From contig CAWDSK010000003.1 of assembly GCA_963804995.1 (NCBI GenBank), positions 1,376,001 through 1,440,000 of the forward strand: a stretch of DNA of 64,000 bases, read 5' to 3'. How positions within the stretch are numbered: position 1 is the first letter of the stretch; every line of letters begins with the position of its first letter. Below, one piece after another: positions 8,100 through 18,002 of the stretch. The notes beneath the pieces are model-generated. The model did no database searches. It was not told the origin of the DNA and worked only from the letters and a program-made list of their open reading frames with translations. Made by a program: the position numbers and the translations under genes. The DNA is from an uncultured Acidobacteriota bacterium. Its GTDB lineage: Bacteria; Acidobacteriota; Terriglobia; UBA7540.

Positions 8100-10114
8100 C
8101 CGAACTTTCGCACTTCAGGGTGTTGAGTTGGGTTAACTCGCTTCTTTTCAGTACAGGCATTGCCAAGGTCTGGCCTACAAACGCAGCATTCCAGCAGGAA
8201 AGATTTCCGGCTGGACCGTGATCCTGGGCGGTGGCTGAGTGGGGAGCACGAGCTGCAGTTCGTGCAACAGGAGCTTTTGTTCGGGTGTCGGCTCGGTGTA
8301 GCGGGGCATCACTAATCGGCGCCCATCCGTGGTCGGGAAAGACACATCGAGCATCTGCATGCCCGCCAGCTTCTCCAGCACCGCTTTCGGCGTCAGGCCC
8401 GGAGCGTGGGCCTGCAGACGCTGTTTCAGCGTCACCCACAAGCCGTACGCCAGAAAGGCAATGAGGATGTGGGCCTCAACGCGATGTTCTATTTGATGAT
8501 AAATCGGCCGAATTCCCAGCTCACTCTTCAAACACTTAAAGGCCGCTTCGATCTGCGCCAGTTGCATGTAGCGGTCCCACAACACCTCGGGATTTTCCCC
8601 CGTCAGATTGGTGCGCAACAGATAATGTCCATCGCGCCGCTCCGCTTCCTCCAACTTGCTGCGCTCGAGCCGGAACTGGAAGGTCTGGCGAGTCACTTCT
8701 TCCTGGGCCTTGGGCACGCTGATCTTCACGAAACCGAAGGCCCGTCCGGCTTCACTCTTGGCTGCTCCGATCTTCATCAGCAACGCATCACGCGTCGGAC
8801 ACACGCGCCGCAAGGCCCGCAGCCTCCACAACAGCCGTGCCAGCTTGCGTCGACGGATGGCCATCTCTTTCGCCTGGCGGCCTGCGCTCTTCGCCAGCAC
8901 ATACAACTCGCCTTCCTCCGCGAACAGTTTCACCTCTACCGACTCGCGCACCTTCCGCCACGGCAGTTCCGTCCACTTCGCTTCGTACTGCCGGATCTTG
9001 CCCCGTGGCGTCCCCACCAGGTAAAACATCTCCCGCCCCGGGGTGCGCATCTCCGCCAGCAGTTCTTCACTGGGAACTCCCCGATCCATCATCCACACCC
9101 GCCGTGCCTTGCCGTACACGCTCTCGATCTTGTCCAGAAAACCGCGCAAGCTGTTCCGGTCGGAAGTATTCCCCTCCATCACTTCGTAGGCCAGCGGGAA
9201 ACCTTCCGGCGTCAGCACCAGGGCGATCACCACCTGCCGACAGTCGAACCGCCCGTCCCGGCTGTAACCGTGGCGGGCTTTGGGAATCGCTTCCGCCTCT
9301 CCTTCCACATAGGTGCTGGTGAGATCGTAGAGGAGCAGATCAAAGCGCGCCGCAAAGAGGTCTTGCCACCGCAGCCGCAGGTGCTGGAACAACTCCGCCT
9401 TGTGCGCCAGTATTCGATCCAGACAACGATAGAGCCGGTCCTTCTCGGCCACCGCGAAGTTCACTGCCAGCAACTCGGCCATGGCGGTCTGATCGAACCA
9501 GTGCCGATGCACACGGAATTCGCTGCCCGGCTCGATCAACCGGTTCACCACCAGCAGCCGTAGCACCTTCTCCCACGGAACTCCCTCGCGCCCTTCCGGC
9601 AACCTCGCCTGCCAGAACTCGTCCAGCTTCAACTGGCGCCACAGCTCGCAGCCCAACCAACAGCCACCGAAGGTGCGCGGCCGCTCAACGCGCATTTCAC
9701 TCAACTTCACTTGTACGCCGTCCACAGCATCCGCAGGAAGTTCGCGGTCCTCCGGGAAGAGGCTCAGGGACGCGAGGACGCGACGGTCCTCGTCAAAAAC
9801 CTCCAGCGTCTTGCGCCACGCGGATTGTTGGCTGTCGTTGATTTCGCCCAGATACAGCACCGTCCGATGCACGACCTTCGAGCGCGACACGCGCCGACTC
9901 TCGACGATGCTGAAATAACGATGTTCCTTGCCGTCCTTTTTGCGTCGATGAATCTTCAGGTGCACGCCCCAGAATGCCAGACCTTCGCGCCCCAGAAAAG
10001 AGGGTAGGTCGGGCCTACAAGCACTCTTCAACCCGCGCCCATTGAAGGCAAAGACCTTGTGCACCGCAAGCTGCCAAAATCAGCCCGGTAGCGGGTGGAA
10101 GTGCGAAAGGCAGG
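8100..10114 (-). mobile_element. IS1634 family insertion sequence
   Basis: Imperfect TIRs ccgaactttcgcacttc / gaagtgcgaaaggcagg (14/17); TTAG on both flanks (8096-8099, 10115-10118). Confidence 0.85.
8175..9965 (-). CDS. IS1634 family DDE transposase
   Basis: LYDLTSTYVEG, GYSRDGR, MMDRG, IEAAFKCLKSELGIRPIYHQIEHRVEAHI; GTG start at 9965. Confidence 0.93.
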   Translation of the reverse strand: MHLKIHRRKKDGKEHRYFSIVESRRVSRSKVVHRTVLYLGEINDSQQSAWRKTLEVFDEDRRVLASLSLFPEDRELPADAVDGVQVKLSEMRVERPRTFGGCWLGCELWRQLKLDEFWQARLPEGREGVPWEKVLRLLVVNRLIEPGSEFRVHRHWFDQTAMAELLAVNFAVAEKDRLYRCLDRILAHKAELFQHLRLRWQDLFAARFDLLLYDLTSTYVEGEAEAIPKARHGYSRDGRFDCRQVVIALVLTPEGFPLAYEVMEGNTSDRNSLRGFLDKIESVYGKARRVWMMDRGVPSEELLAEMRTPGREMFYLVGTPRGKIRQYEAKWTELPWRKVRESVEVKLFAEEGELYVLAKSAGRQAKEMAIRRRKLARLLWRLRALRRVCPTRDALLMKIGAAKSEAGRAFGFVKISVPKAQEEVTRQTFQFRLERSKLEEAERRDGHYLLRTNLTGENPEVLWDRYMQLAQIEAAFKCLKSELGIRPIYHQIEHRVEAHILIAFLAYGLWVTLKQRLQAHAPGLTPKAVLEKLAGMQMLDVSFPTTDGRRLVMPRYTEPTPEQKLLLHELQLVLPTQPPPRITVQPEIFPAGMLRL

Positions 10115-10168
10115 TTAGCGAAAACAAGATTGGCCGAACAGCATCGAGTCCACATGTAACCAGCGGGT

Positions 10169-10295
10169 AGCGCACAGGTACGCGCATTTTGCGTTCCTGT
10201 GCGGCTTTTGCACTTCGTGTTCGCGACGAGAAACATCGTAACGCTGCTGGAATTTGGGAACATCCGCGGAGGAATCTGTCGGCTGACGGATACCT
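10169..10295. repeat. ~125-bp imperfect direct repeat, copy 1 (copy 2 at 11162-11287)
   Basis: agcgcacagg...cgcgcattttgcg..cctgtgcggctttt...gttcgcgacgagaaacatcg...atccgcggaggaatc.gtcggctgacggatacct present at both sites. Confidence 0.9.
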
Positions 10296-10331
10296 GCCCG
10301 CTGGTTTTGTGCGTCGGGCCTTCCCCGCGAG

Positions 10332-10772
10332 CTAAGGGGAAAGCGCAAGGACGGTAAATCCCGCTGAGGCCGCGGCTTGGGATAGCTGCTGATCGCCGGA
10401 AACAAAATTGCGGTTCTTGGGTTGTTGGTGACACCAAGTGAGAGCCGCCGCCAGTTGCAAGCTGTCGGCAGCTCGAAGCTGATGAATATCCAACAATTGC
10501 CTTGCCAATTCCCGCACCGAATCCGCCGGGAGGATCTCTCTCCATCCCCGGCTCAACAGCTCCAGCCGAGCGAGAGCTCCCTTGCGTTCGCGATCGTTCA
10601 AAAGGGCCAAGCGGTGGAGGCGGGCCACCGCGCTATGGATCTCGACCGGAGTTCCCCACCACACCACCGGCAGGCTCTGTCGCAGGTGGGCCTGAGCTTG
10701 GCGGCTGGTGGCCTCCCGAACACAGAGCGGGACCAGCGCACTGGCATCGAAAAACGCCGGTTGCGGTTTCAT
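10332..10772 (-). CDS. vapC: VapC/PIN-domain toxin
   Basis: FFDASALVPL, LRAADSLQLAAA, FVSGDQQL; start overlaps antitoxin stop (ATGA). Confidence 0.9.
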   Translation of the reverse strand: MKPQPAFFDASALVPLCVREATSRQAQAHLRQSLPVVWWGTPVEIHSAVARLHRLALLNDRERKGALARLELLSRGWREILPADSVRELARQLLDIHQLRAADSLQLAAALTWCHQQPKNRNFVSGDQQLSQAAASAGFTVLALSP

Positions 10773-11059
10773 CTCCCCTCCGCGCGTTCGTCGACCAGGG
10801 CCTGGATGGCTTGACTGTTGGAAACGCGGCCGGTTCGGATCTTGAGTAACTTGTGAATGTCCAAAGGAGCCTGCGGCAAACGCAATTTTCCCGCCGCCAC
10901 TAAAATCAGCTCTTCCTTGCTGGTTTCGGCGACGGAGAGGGGGACGAGCTTCGCCACGGGCAGATTGCGGTCCCGAACGACGATTTCTTCCCCCTGTCTG
11001 GCGTAAGTCAGATACCGGCTCAGGGAGTTCTTCAACTCGGCAACATTGACACTGCGCAT
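10769..11059 (-). CDS. Phd/YefM family antitoxin
   Basis: MRSVNVAELKNSLSRYL...GEEIVVRDRNLPVAKLVP; GGAGG RBS. Confidence 0.9.
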   Translation of the reverse strand: MRSVNVAELKNSLSRYLTYARQGEEIVVRDRNLPVAKLVPLSVAETSKEELILVAAGKLRLPQAPLDIHKLLKIRTGRVSNSQAIQALVDERAEGR

Positions 11060-11075
11060 GCGGTTTCCTCCTGTC

Positions 11076-11092
11076 ATGGCTATTATAGCCAT
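11076..11092. promoter_or_regulatory. Palindromic operator candidate for TA autoregulation
   Basis: atggctat-t-atagccat immediately upstream of antitoxin RBS. Confidence 0.6.
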
Positions 11093-11161
11093 ATCGGAAG
11101 GGGAAAAGGACAACGCTTTTTCCCGAACCCGTGGGCCTGTGGGTCGCGTGCCTGCGAAAGG

Positions 11162-11287
11162 AGCGCACAGGCGCGCGCATTTTGCGCTCCTGTGCGGCTT
11201 TTCATTTCGTGTTCGCGACGAGAAACATCGCAACGCAGCTCGAATTGGGGAAGATCCGCGGAGGAATCCGTCGGCTGACGGATACCT
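11162..11287. repeat. ~125-bp imperfect direct repeat, copy 2
   Basis: Aligns by eye with 10169-10295. Confidence 0.9.
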
Positions 11288-11540
11288 CCTCGCTACCCCC
11301 CTTTTGCCAAAGTCAATTCGGCGGCTTGGCCGACGCCAAAGGATAGTCGAAATTGGCTGTATAGGCATGGGCAGGCGCCAGCGCAGCAACGACTTCGCGC
11401 TCTATGGGGATAGGATTTTGACAAGGAGCACTGTTGCGCAAAACCAACCTTCGAAGCCAGCGCGGCAGGGTGGAGCGGCAACCGAACTGTCGAGCCACGC
11501 TGGCTACCTCGCGCCGCCCCGCCACCTGCCATTCCTCCCA

Positions 11541-12990
11541 CCCCCTCGCAGTACCCCCGACATTCCCCCCTATCGTTATCGACGGTTGCAGCGACGAGGA
11601 TGAAACTTATTTTGAGTTGGGAACTCAGCGCGCTACTGGCTTCGTGAAATTTGTGGCCCAGGGGGTGGAGGATTGAAAGGACCCCCTCACCCGGCCCGCC
11701 CCAGCTGGTGAAAACGCCGGCGGCGGTCCACCCTCTCCCCCAAAGGGGCGAGGGTTATGAATTCCTATCAACGTTCCCCCTCATCCGGGTAGATCAAAAT
11801 GAACTCCCCCCTCGGTCGCCGCGGCGACAGGGGGTTGTAGTTCTTTGGGCAGCGTGGATGCGCCGGTTTTACGCTACCCCCTTGCAGTGCCCCGACACTC
11901 CCCCGTATCGTTATCGGCGGGTGGGGCGACGAACGTGAGAGATTTTGTGGCGAAAGGGACCGTCGAAAACCCTCGGCGAAAATGGGTTGGCTGCGCCGAA
12001 GGCGCTTTGGGAGTGCGGCCGCGAAGCTGCCGCTTTTCTCTCCGCCCGGCGGGTTGCTGTCCCGTCTGCGGCGCGCGGGGGAGCAGAAAGCGGTAGCTCC
12101 GCGACCGCACTCCGAAAGCGCGTCGCGCCCTCGAAGCCACAAGGAACAAAGTTGCGCGGCGCGCGATCGTGCGCCGATCCCTCCGCCGGCGGACGCCGGC
12201 GCTGTGTGGTCTGCGGCTGAGTGCTGGTCGGACTTTCAAACGGCGAACCCGTTCAGGCAAGCACTAAGGCATCCGTTTGGCCCCCGCGCAGTGCCCCCGA
12301 CACTCCCCCCTATCGTTATCGGCGGATTCGAGAAGGAGGGTGACGAAATTTACTGAGGGGTGAAAGCGCCGGGGCGTCCGGCAGGAGCGAATGGAGACGC
12401 CGCAGGGCCGCAAGAGCAAGTCAAAAGGCAAAGCGCAAAAGGCAAAAGTGAGAAGTCGCCACCTGAGAATCCCGCCCCCCTCGCAGTGCCCCCGATACTC
12501 CCCCGTATCGTTATCGGCGGATTCGAGAAGGAGGATGACGAAATTTGCTGCGGGGTGAACGCGCCGGGGCGTCCGGCAGGAGCGAATGGAGACGCCGCAG
12601 GGCCGCAAGAGCAAGTCAAAAGGCAAAGCGCAAAAGACAAAATTGAGAAGTCGCCACCTGAGAATCCCGCCCCCCTCGCAGTGCCCCCGACACTCCCCCC
12701 TATCGTTATCGGCGGTTGCCGCGACGAGGATGAAACTTATTTTGAGTTGGGAACTCCGCGCTACTGGCTTCGTGAAATTTGCGGCCCAGGAGGTGGAGGA
12801 TTGAAAGGACCCCCTCACCCGCCTGCGGGGGGAAGCTGAACTCGTTTACGGTTCCCAGGTACCCCTTCGGTGGGCGTAGGCCCGGCCCGCCCCGGCTGGT
12901 GAAGACGCCGGCTGCGGTCCACCCTCTGTCGCCGCGGCGACCGAGGGTTATGAATTCCAATCAACGTTGCCCGCTCATCCGAGTAGGTCC
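11541..12990. repeat. Non-coding composite repeat array
   Basis: Five copies of gcagtgcccccgacactcccccctatcgttatcggcgg (11541, 11877, 12281, 12476, 12671); 195-bp tandem unit 12281-12670; 11541-11690 re-occurs at 12671-12820. Confidence 0.9.
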
Positions 12991-13319
12991 AAATTAACTC
13001 CCCCCTCAGCCGCCGCGGCGACCGAGGGGCCGGGGGGAGGGGGCTGTAGCGTCCAGCACAGAGACACCACGGGTCGGGGCATCTTGCATTTTGACTTTTG
13101 CACTTTGCCTTTTGCCTTGCCCTTGCAGCCCCGCCGCTCTGCGTCTCCGCGCCTCTGCGGTGAAAAGTATTTCAGGGGATTACTGACCCTCAGGCCCGCT
13201 GTGTTGAAAAATCTTCGTTAGGCCACCCCCGCTGGAAACAAAGTGGTAGGATACTGCCCGCACCGGCGCCCTCGGGGAATGCCGGCAATAGTCGGAATCA
13301 TCAGGAGGTCTCTATCTTC

Positions 13320-14111
13320 ATGCTGCAACGATTCTCAGCTTTACTGGTCTTTACTTTCTGCGCGGTGTCGCTCCTGGCGCAGGCTCCGCCCAAAATCAAA
13401 GTTCTAATCCTTACAGGCGTCAACAATCACAACTGGCGCGCCACCACACCCGTCCTGCGTGACATCCTACAGGCGACCGGACGATTTGATGTTTATGTGA
13501 ACGAGGAAGGAAGAGGCAATGGGCCTGAAACCTTTGCCCCTTACGATGTGCTGTTGCTCAACTACAATGACTACAAGCACACCGCCGGACCGTGGTGGGA
13601 TGCCCGCGCGCGCGAGGCTATGCTTGACTTTGTGCGCAACGGCAAGGGGTTGGTAAGCTACCATTCCTCGAACAACGCCTTCTGGGGCTGGCCTGAATTC
13701 GACAAGATGGTGGGTGGCACCTGGCGTGAAACGGCCGACCACGCGCCTTATCATCCCTACACCGTCAAGATCGTAGACCGCAACGACCCCATCACTCAGG
13801 GCATGCCGGAATCATTCGCGGAGACCGACGAGCTCTATCATCGACTCTCGATGCAACCGAATATCCACCTCCTGGCCACGGCCTGGGATGATCCCAAGAA
13901 CTGCTCCAGGTCGAGCGATGGCTGCGGGACGGGGAACGATGAACCCATGATCTGGACTTTGCCCTACGGCGTGGGGCGGGTGTTCCAAACCGCTCTGGGC
14001 CACGACGTGAAAGCCATGCAAAGCCTCGGCTTCCAGGCAATGCTGGTGCGGGGGACGGAGTGGGCCGCGACGGGGAAAGTCACGATTGCCTTGCCGGCGG
14101 ACATCAATTAA
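13320..14111 (+). CDS. ThuA-like (class I glutamine amidotransferase-like) secreted protein
   Basis: Signal peptide; KVLILTG..NHNW, GKGLVSYH, DELY, GRVFQTALGH, LVRGTEWAATG. Confidence 0.85.
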   Translation: MLQRFSALLVFTFCAVSLLAQAPPKIKVLILTGVNNHNWRATTPVLRDILQATGRFDVYVNEEGRGNGPETFAPYDVLLLNYNDYKHTAGPWWDARAREAMLDFVRNGKGLVSYHSSNNAFWGWPEFDKMVGGTWRETADHAPYHPYTVKIVDRNDPITQGMPESFAETDELYHRLSMQPNIHLLATAWDDPKNCSRSSDGCGTGNDEPMIWTLPYGVGRVFQTALGHDVKAMQSLGFQAMLVRGTEWAATGKVTIALPADIN

Positions 14112-14361
14112 CAAGTGTTACACCGCCCCGTGACGCGCTGTGGTGGGGCTTCGCGATGCTCCCCGATGCCGGGAGGCGGTTCGTCCGTTTTTGATAACAG
14201 AAAGCCGCGGATGTCATCGCCAGGGCTGCGGTACACTCGTTGGCTGCACCGGCCTACGCGCGAATCCGCGTACGCCGGCGCCATCACTTGACCCATGCCC
14301 TCAGATTCGGCATCGCCTGCTTCGCCACCCTACCTTTAAAGGCGCATGACTATTTGTTAAA

Positions 14362-14454
14362 GTGGGACTGTCCCACTTGTTGCTCTCCGCGGGGCATAGC
14401 GCGCGAGGTCCCACGAATTTCCCCATCCTTTTGCGTTTTTTTCCTATGACTTTT
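14362..14454. repeat. Dispersed ~93-bp repeat (second copy 60021-60114)
   Basis: gtgggac(a)tgtcccacttgtt.ctctccgcg.ggcatagcgcgcga.gtcccac...ttccccatcctt.tgcgtttttttcctatgactttt. Confidence 0.9.
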
Positions 14455-14718
14455 CTCCTGACGCTCCGCCACGATTCTCTAACTGCTCCTCAAACGGTCA
14501 TGGATCATGCCACGCCGAAATGTGCTAGCCTGCGCAGGCGCGAGGGCGTCCGACAATCTATTTGCAAACTCTTTACAGTAAACTGTTGGGACACTCGTTA
14601 CAATGAAGGTGATGGACCATGCTTGATGGGTCCATTGCCGGGCAGCAGGAAAGAATTGAAGTGGCGCGCCAAGAACTTGTTCGCGGAAATTGGTAATAGG
14701 CAGCACAGCAGATCTGAA

Positions 14719-15513
14719 ATGGCACAACATTCCGGAACTCCCATGGGACCCAACTTCGCCGCTTACTACGACGCGGTGATCAACTGGAAAAAACGGCTGG
14801 CGCGGGAGATGCCCCTGCTTGAGGAACTGGCGCGCGAGGCTGGTTCCAGAATCCTGGTTCCGGCTTGCGGAACGGGCGGGCATGTGGTGGCGCTCGCCCA
14901 GCGAGGTTTCAACGTCCTGGGCTTTGACGCTGACGCAGACACCGTGGAGTTCACGCGCCGGCGGATCAGCGCTGCGGCCACCGCCATTGCTGCGGCGGGT
15001 GGAAAGGCGGAGGTCAGACTTCTCACCCTGGAGCGTGCCGCCGACCTTCATGCTGAATTCGACGCGGCATTCTGTTTAGGTAATGCCCTTCCCGGCCTTT
15101 CCGCTGAGGGCCAGTTGGTGGCAGCCCTGGGGGGGATGACAAGCGTCCTGCGCAGGGGTGGAATCTTTCTGACTCAAAACTTGAACTACGATCTTCGCTG
15201 GCAGCAACGGGCCAGCCATTTTCCCCTCTTGACCGGCGAGACTCCGCGCGAGGAGATTCTGCTGGTCAAGCTGGCGGACTATCAAGCGGCCCATATCAAT
15301 TTCCACGCCATGTTTCTGGCGCGCGAAAAGCCCGCGGGAAAATGGCAAGTCCACCCCCGTACGTCCCGGCAGATTCCTCTTTTCCAACAGCGCTTGACCG
15401 ACCTCGCGGCGCAGGCCGGCTTGGGCGAATTCATGTTTTGGGGCGACTACGCCCACTCACCTTTCGACCCGGGAAAATCCCACGACTTGATTCTCCGAGC
15501 GCAGAAACTTTAA
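14719..15513 (+). CDS. Class I SAM-dependent methyltransferase
   Basis: ILVPACGTG motif I, GFDAD, FDAAFCLGNAL; start uncertain (14719 or 14743). Confidence 0.8.
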   Translation: MAQHSGTPMGPNFAAYYDAVINWKKRLAREMPLLEELAREAGSRILVPACGTGGHVVALAQRGFNVLGFDADADTVEFTRRRISAAATAIAAAGGKAEVRLLTLERAADLHAEFDAAFCLGNALPGLSAEGQLVAALGGMTSVLRRGGIFLTQNLNYDLRWQQRASHFPLLTGETPREEILLVKLADYQAAHINFHAMFLAREKPAGKWQVHPRTSRQIPLFQQRLTDLAAQAGLGEFMFWGDYAHSPFDPGKSHDLILRAQKL

Positions 15514-15524
15514 CTCGCATACTG

Positions 15525-16391
15525 CTATTGGTTGGGTTCTTTGGGCGGAGCGTTGGGGGGATTGGTCAGGAGCTTGTTCAGCCCCTCCAGGATGTGCTGC
15601 TCCTGTGGAGAGAACTGCTCCTTCACTTTGGGACCGTCTAGGAAGCTCTGCCGTTGGCTGGGAGGAAGATCACGAAGGCGGAGGAAGGCCTGATTGACAG
15701 CTTGGCGCCGCTCCGGAGAGAGCCGGAGCCATTGGGGAAAAATGGCGCGCGCCTCCTGCCGCTGGGCGGCGGAAAGACCCCGGAAGATGTCTTCGCGGTT
15801 ACGCATGACCTCCTGCTGGTCGGGCGTCATGGCGTTCCAGCGCTCCAGGCGCTGGCGGACAATCCGCTGGGTCGCGGGGGAGAGACGCAGGAATCGAGGG
15901 TCGGTCGACATGGCGCGCTCCTGCTCCTCCGGTGACAAGGCGCGCAGACGCTGGATTTCTTCGCGCTCGCGCACGACTTCCCTTTCCGCCGGGGTCATGG
16001 CGTTCCACTTCCGCAAACGCGTGCGAATCTGCTGCTGGCGCGCGGGAGGCAATTGCTGGAAACGGGGATTATTGGCCATGAAATGGTCCTGCTGCTCAGG
16101 TGGCATTTCGCGGAGGCGTTGGAAAAAGCCTCCCTGGCCAGCAGGCGGCGGCTGCGGGCGGCCCGGCAGCCCCCCCGGGTGGAAAGGACCCTGTCCACTC
16201 CACCCCCGGGCCGGGATAGGCGGGGGGGAAAGGAGAATCCAGAAGAACAGAAGGCAGGTCAGGTCAGGGATGCGCCAGCGCCGCCAAAGCAGAGTGCGGG
16301 AAGCAGGCACCGCAAGCTCAGTCGGCAACCTTGGGGTCTCGCTTCGGAAGCTCCGAGAGTATATCGAATTTCGCGACCAGATCATCATCAT
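15525..16391 (-). CDS. DUF3106-like helical repeat protein (true start probably near 16320)
   Basis: Repeated LPPARQQQIR..L..WNAMTP units after a TM/signal segment; third gene of ECF sigma/anti-sigma operon. Confidence 0.7.
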   Translation of the reverse strand: MMMIWSRNSIYSRSFRSETPRLPTELAVPASRTLLWRRWRIPDLTCLLFFWILLSPPPIPARGWSGQGPFHPGGLPGRPQPPPAGQGGFFQRLREMPPEQQDHFMANNPRFQQLPPARQQQIRTRLRKWNAMTPAEREVVREREEIQRLRALSPEEQERAMSTDPRFLRLSPATQRIVRQRLERWNAMTPDQQEVMRNREDIFRGLSAAQRQEARAIFPQWLRLSPERRQAVNQAFLRLRDLPPSQRQSFLDGPKVKEQFSPQEQHILEGLNKLLTNPPNAPPKEPNQ

Positions 16392-16920
16392 CTAATGCCC
16401 GGGCGTCTTCGTCTTCGCCCGAAGATGAACTCATGGACTTAAGCTCGGCGGCCGGCTTAGGCGAATTCTTCACCTGACCAGACGCCGCAAGCGCAGGTCC
16501 AAGCTTTGCCACCTGCGGGGGAGTTTGGGCGGGTGCCGTCTGACCGGACGGCTTCGTCACCAGCGCCGAAAGCTTTGAGACGGGAGGTTGACTGCGAGTC
16601 AGCCACACGACTCCGGCTATGGCCACAACCCCCAGCGAAACCAGCGCCAAGGTTCGGGCCCAGCGGGGGGCCGCCAGGAAGCCCCAGGCGGGGCTGCCCG
16701 CCGGTTGCGCACCCACCGCCTGTCGCACGCGCGCATCAAACCAAGCGGAGGGTTGCGGCGACTTCCACCCCTCCAGCACAGCGTCGAGCCGCTCGAACTG
16801 TTCCGCAGCCTCGCGACACCGGGGACATTCCACCAGATGCATGTGGACCTGTGCCGCCTCCCGTTGATCCAGTAAACGGTGAGCGTAGCTAAACAAGTGT
16901 TCGCGTTCAAGGCATTTCAT
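16318..16920 (-). CDS. Zinc-finger (zf-HC2) transmembrane anti-sigma factor
   Basis: HLVECPRC motif, single TM helix, coupled to sigma gene. Confidence 0.9.
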   Translation of the reverse strand: MKCLEREHLFSYAHRLLDQREAAQVHMHLVECPRCREAAEQFERLDAVLEGWKSPQPSAWFDARVRQAVGAQPAGSPAWGFLAAPRWARTLALVSLGVVAIAGVVWLTRSQPPVSKLSALVTKPSGQTAPAQTPPQVAKLGPALAASGQVKNSPKPAAELKSMSSSSGEDEDARALDDDDLVAKFDILSELPKRDPKVAD

Positions 16921-17498
16921 ATCTGACCCTCCCGGAGCAGGGGCTCAAGGCGCTCACGCAGCGCCTCATAGGCTCGGAAGAGAAGTGATTTCACAGCGCT
17001 TTCCGAAACACTCAGAATTTTGGAGATTTGGCGATAATCCACTTCTTGATACTTGTGCAGAATGACTGCCGCGCGTTGATTCTCCGGCAGCGAGGCGACA
17101 GCTTGGCGAATCAGGCGTGCACGATCGCCTTGGATCAATCGCTGCTCGGCCGTCGGGCGGGTGTCGACGAAGCGATCAAGGGGGATTCCGCCCTCAAGAT
17201 TTTCGCTTGCAGTTTCAGGAACCGCATCTTTCCGGTCGCGAATCGCATTGAGCGCCAGGTTCGTGGCGATTCGATAAAGCCAAGTCGTGAAGCGCGCCTC
17301 AGGCTGATAGCGCTCCCGCGCCTTGTACACGCGCAAGAAGACTTCCTGCGCCAAATCCTCAGCCAACGCGGTGTCACGCACCATGCGAAATAGATAGCTC
17401 ACCAACGGCACACGGTAGCGGCGTAGCAGCGTCTCAAAGGAAGCAGCATCGCCACTCCGAATCCGCTGCATCAAATCGAGGTCGGACTCCATGGCCAT
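16917..17498 (-). CDS. ECF RNA polymerase sigma-70 factor
   Basis: AEDLAQEVFLRVY, FTTWLYRIATN, LPENQRAAVIL, AVKSLLFRA. Confidence 0.95.
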   Translation of the reverse strand: MAMESDLDLMQRIRSGDAASFETLLRRYRVPLVSYLFRMVRDTALAEDLAQEVFLRVYKARERYQPEARFTTWLYRIATNLALNAIRDRKDAVPETASENLEGGIPLDRFVDTRPTAEQRLIQGDRARLIRQAVASLPENQRAAVILHKYQEVDYRQISKILSVSESAVKSLLFRAYEALRERLEPLLREGQI

Positions 17499-17597
17499 GG
17501 TTGCCACACTATATACAACACTTTGGCCGCAAAATAGTTGCGGAGATTTGCCTTTCCCACGCACCAAGCCTTTCCTCTGTTACAATCTGGGTTTCTG

Positions 17598-18002
17598 ATG
17601 ACCGAGCAGAAACCCATCCTGGTCACCGCCGGCATCATACGGAGTGGTGACCGAATTCTGATCTGCCAGCGCCACCGCTCAGACGCGTACGGTTTACAGT
17701 GGGAATTTCCAGGCGGCAAGGTGCAAGAGGGCGAAGGCATGGAGGCGTCACTGCGACGGGAACTTGCCGAAGAATTGGCGATCCAGGCGGAAATCGGTCC
17801 GGAAGTTTTCCGTCTGCGCCACCGATACCCGGACCGTTACGTGGAAGTTGTTTTCTTCGCGATTAAAGGCTACCACAGCGAAGTCCGCAACCAGGTTTTT
17901 GAAGCCATCGAGTGGGTGCCGCGGTCGAGACTTTCTGCTTACAATTTCCTGGAAGCGGACCGTGAGTTGGTAAACCGTATTTCCAAGGGGGAGATTGTCT
18001 AA
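17598..18002 (+). CDS. NUDIX hydrolase (MutT/NudG-like)
   Basis: WEFPGGKVQEGE...LRRELAEEL Nudix box. Confidence 0.9.
   Translation: MTEQKPILVTAGIIRSGDRILICQRHRSDAYGLQWEFPGGKVQEGEGMEASLRRELAEELAIQAEIGPEVFRLRHRYPDRYVEVVFFAIKGYHSEVRNQVFEAIEWVPRSRLSAYNFLEADRELVNRISKGEIV

Noticed and set aside
11541..12715. CRISPR array or coding tandem repeats (e.g. ORFs 12360-12839, 12264-12818)
   Set aside because: Period 195-404 bp, frame not kept between non-tandem copies, no recognisable protein
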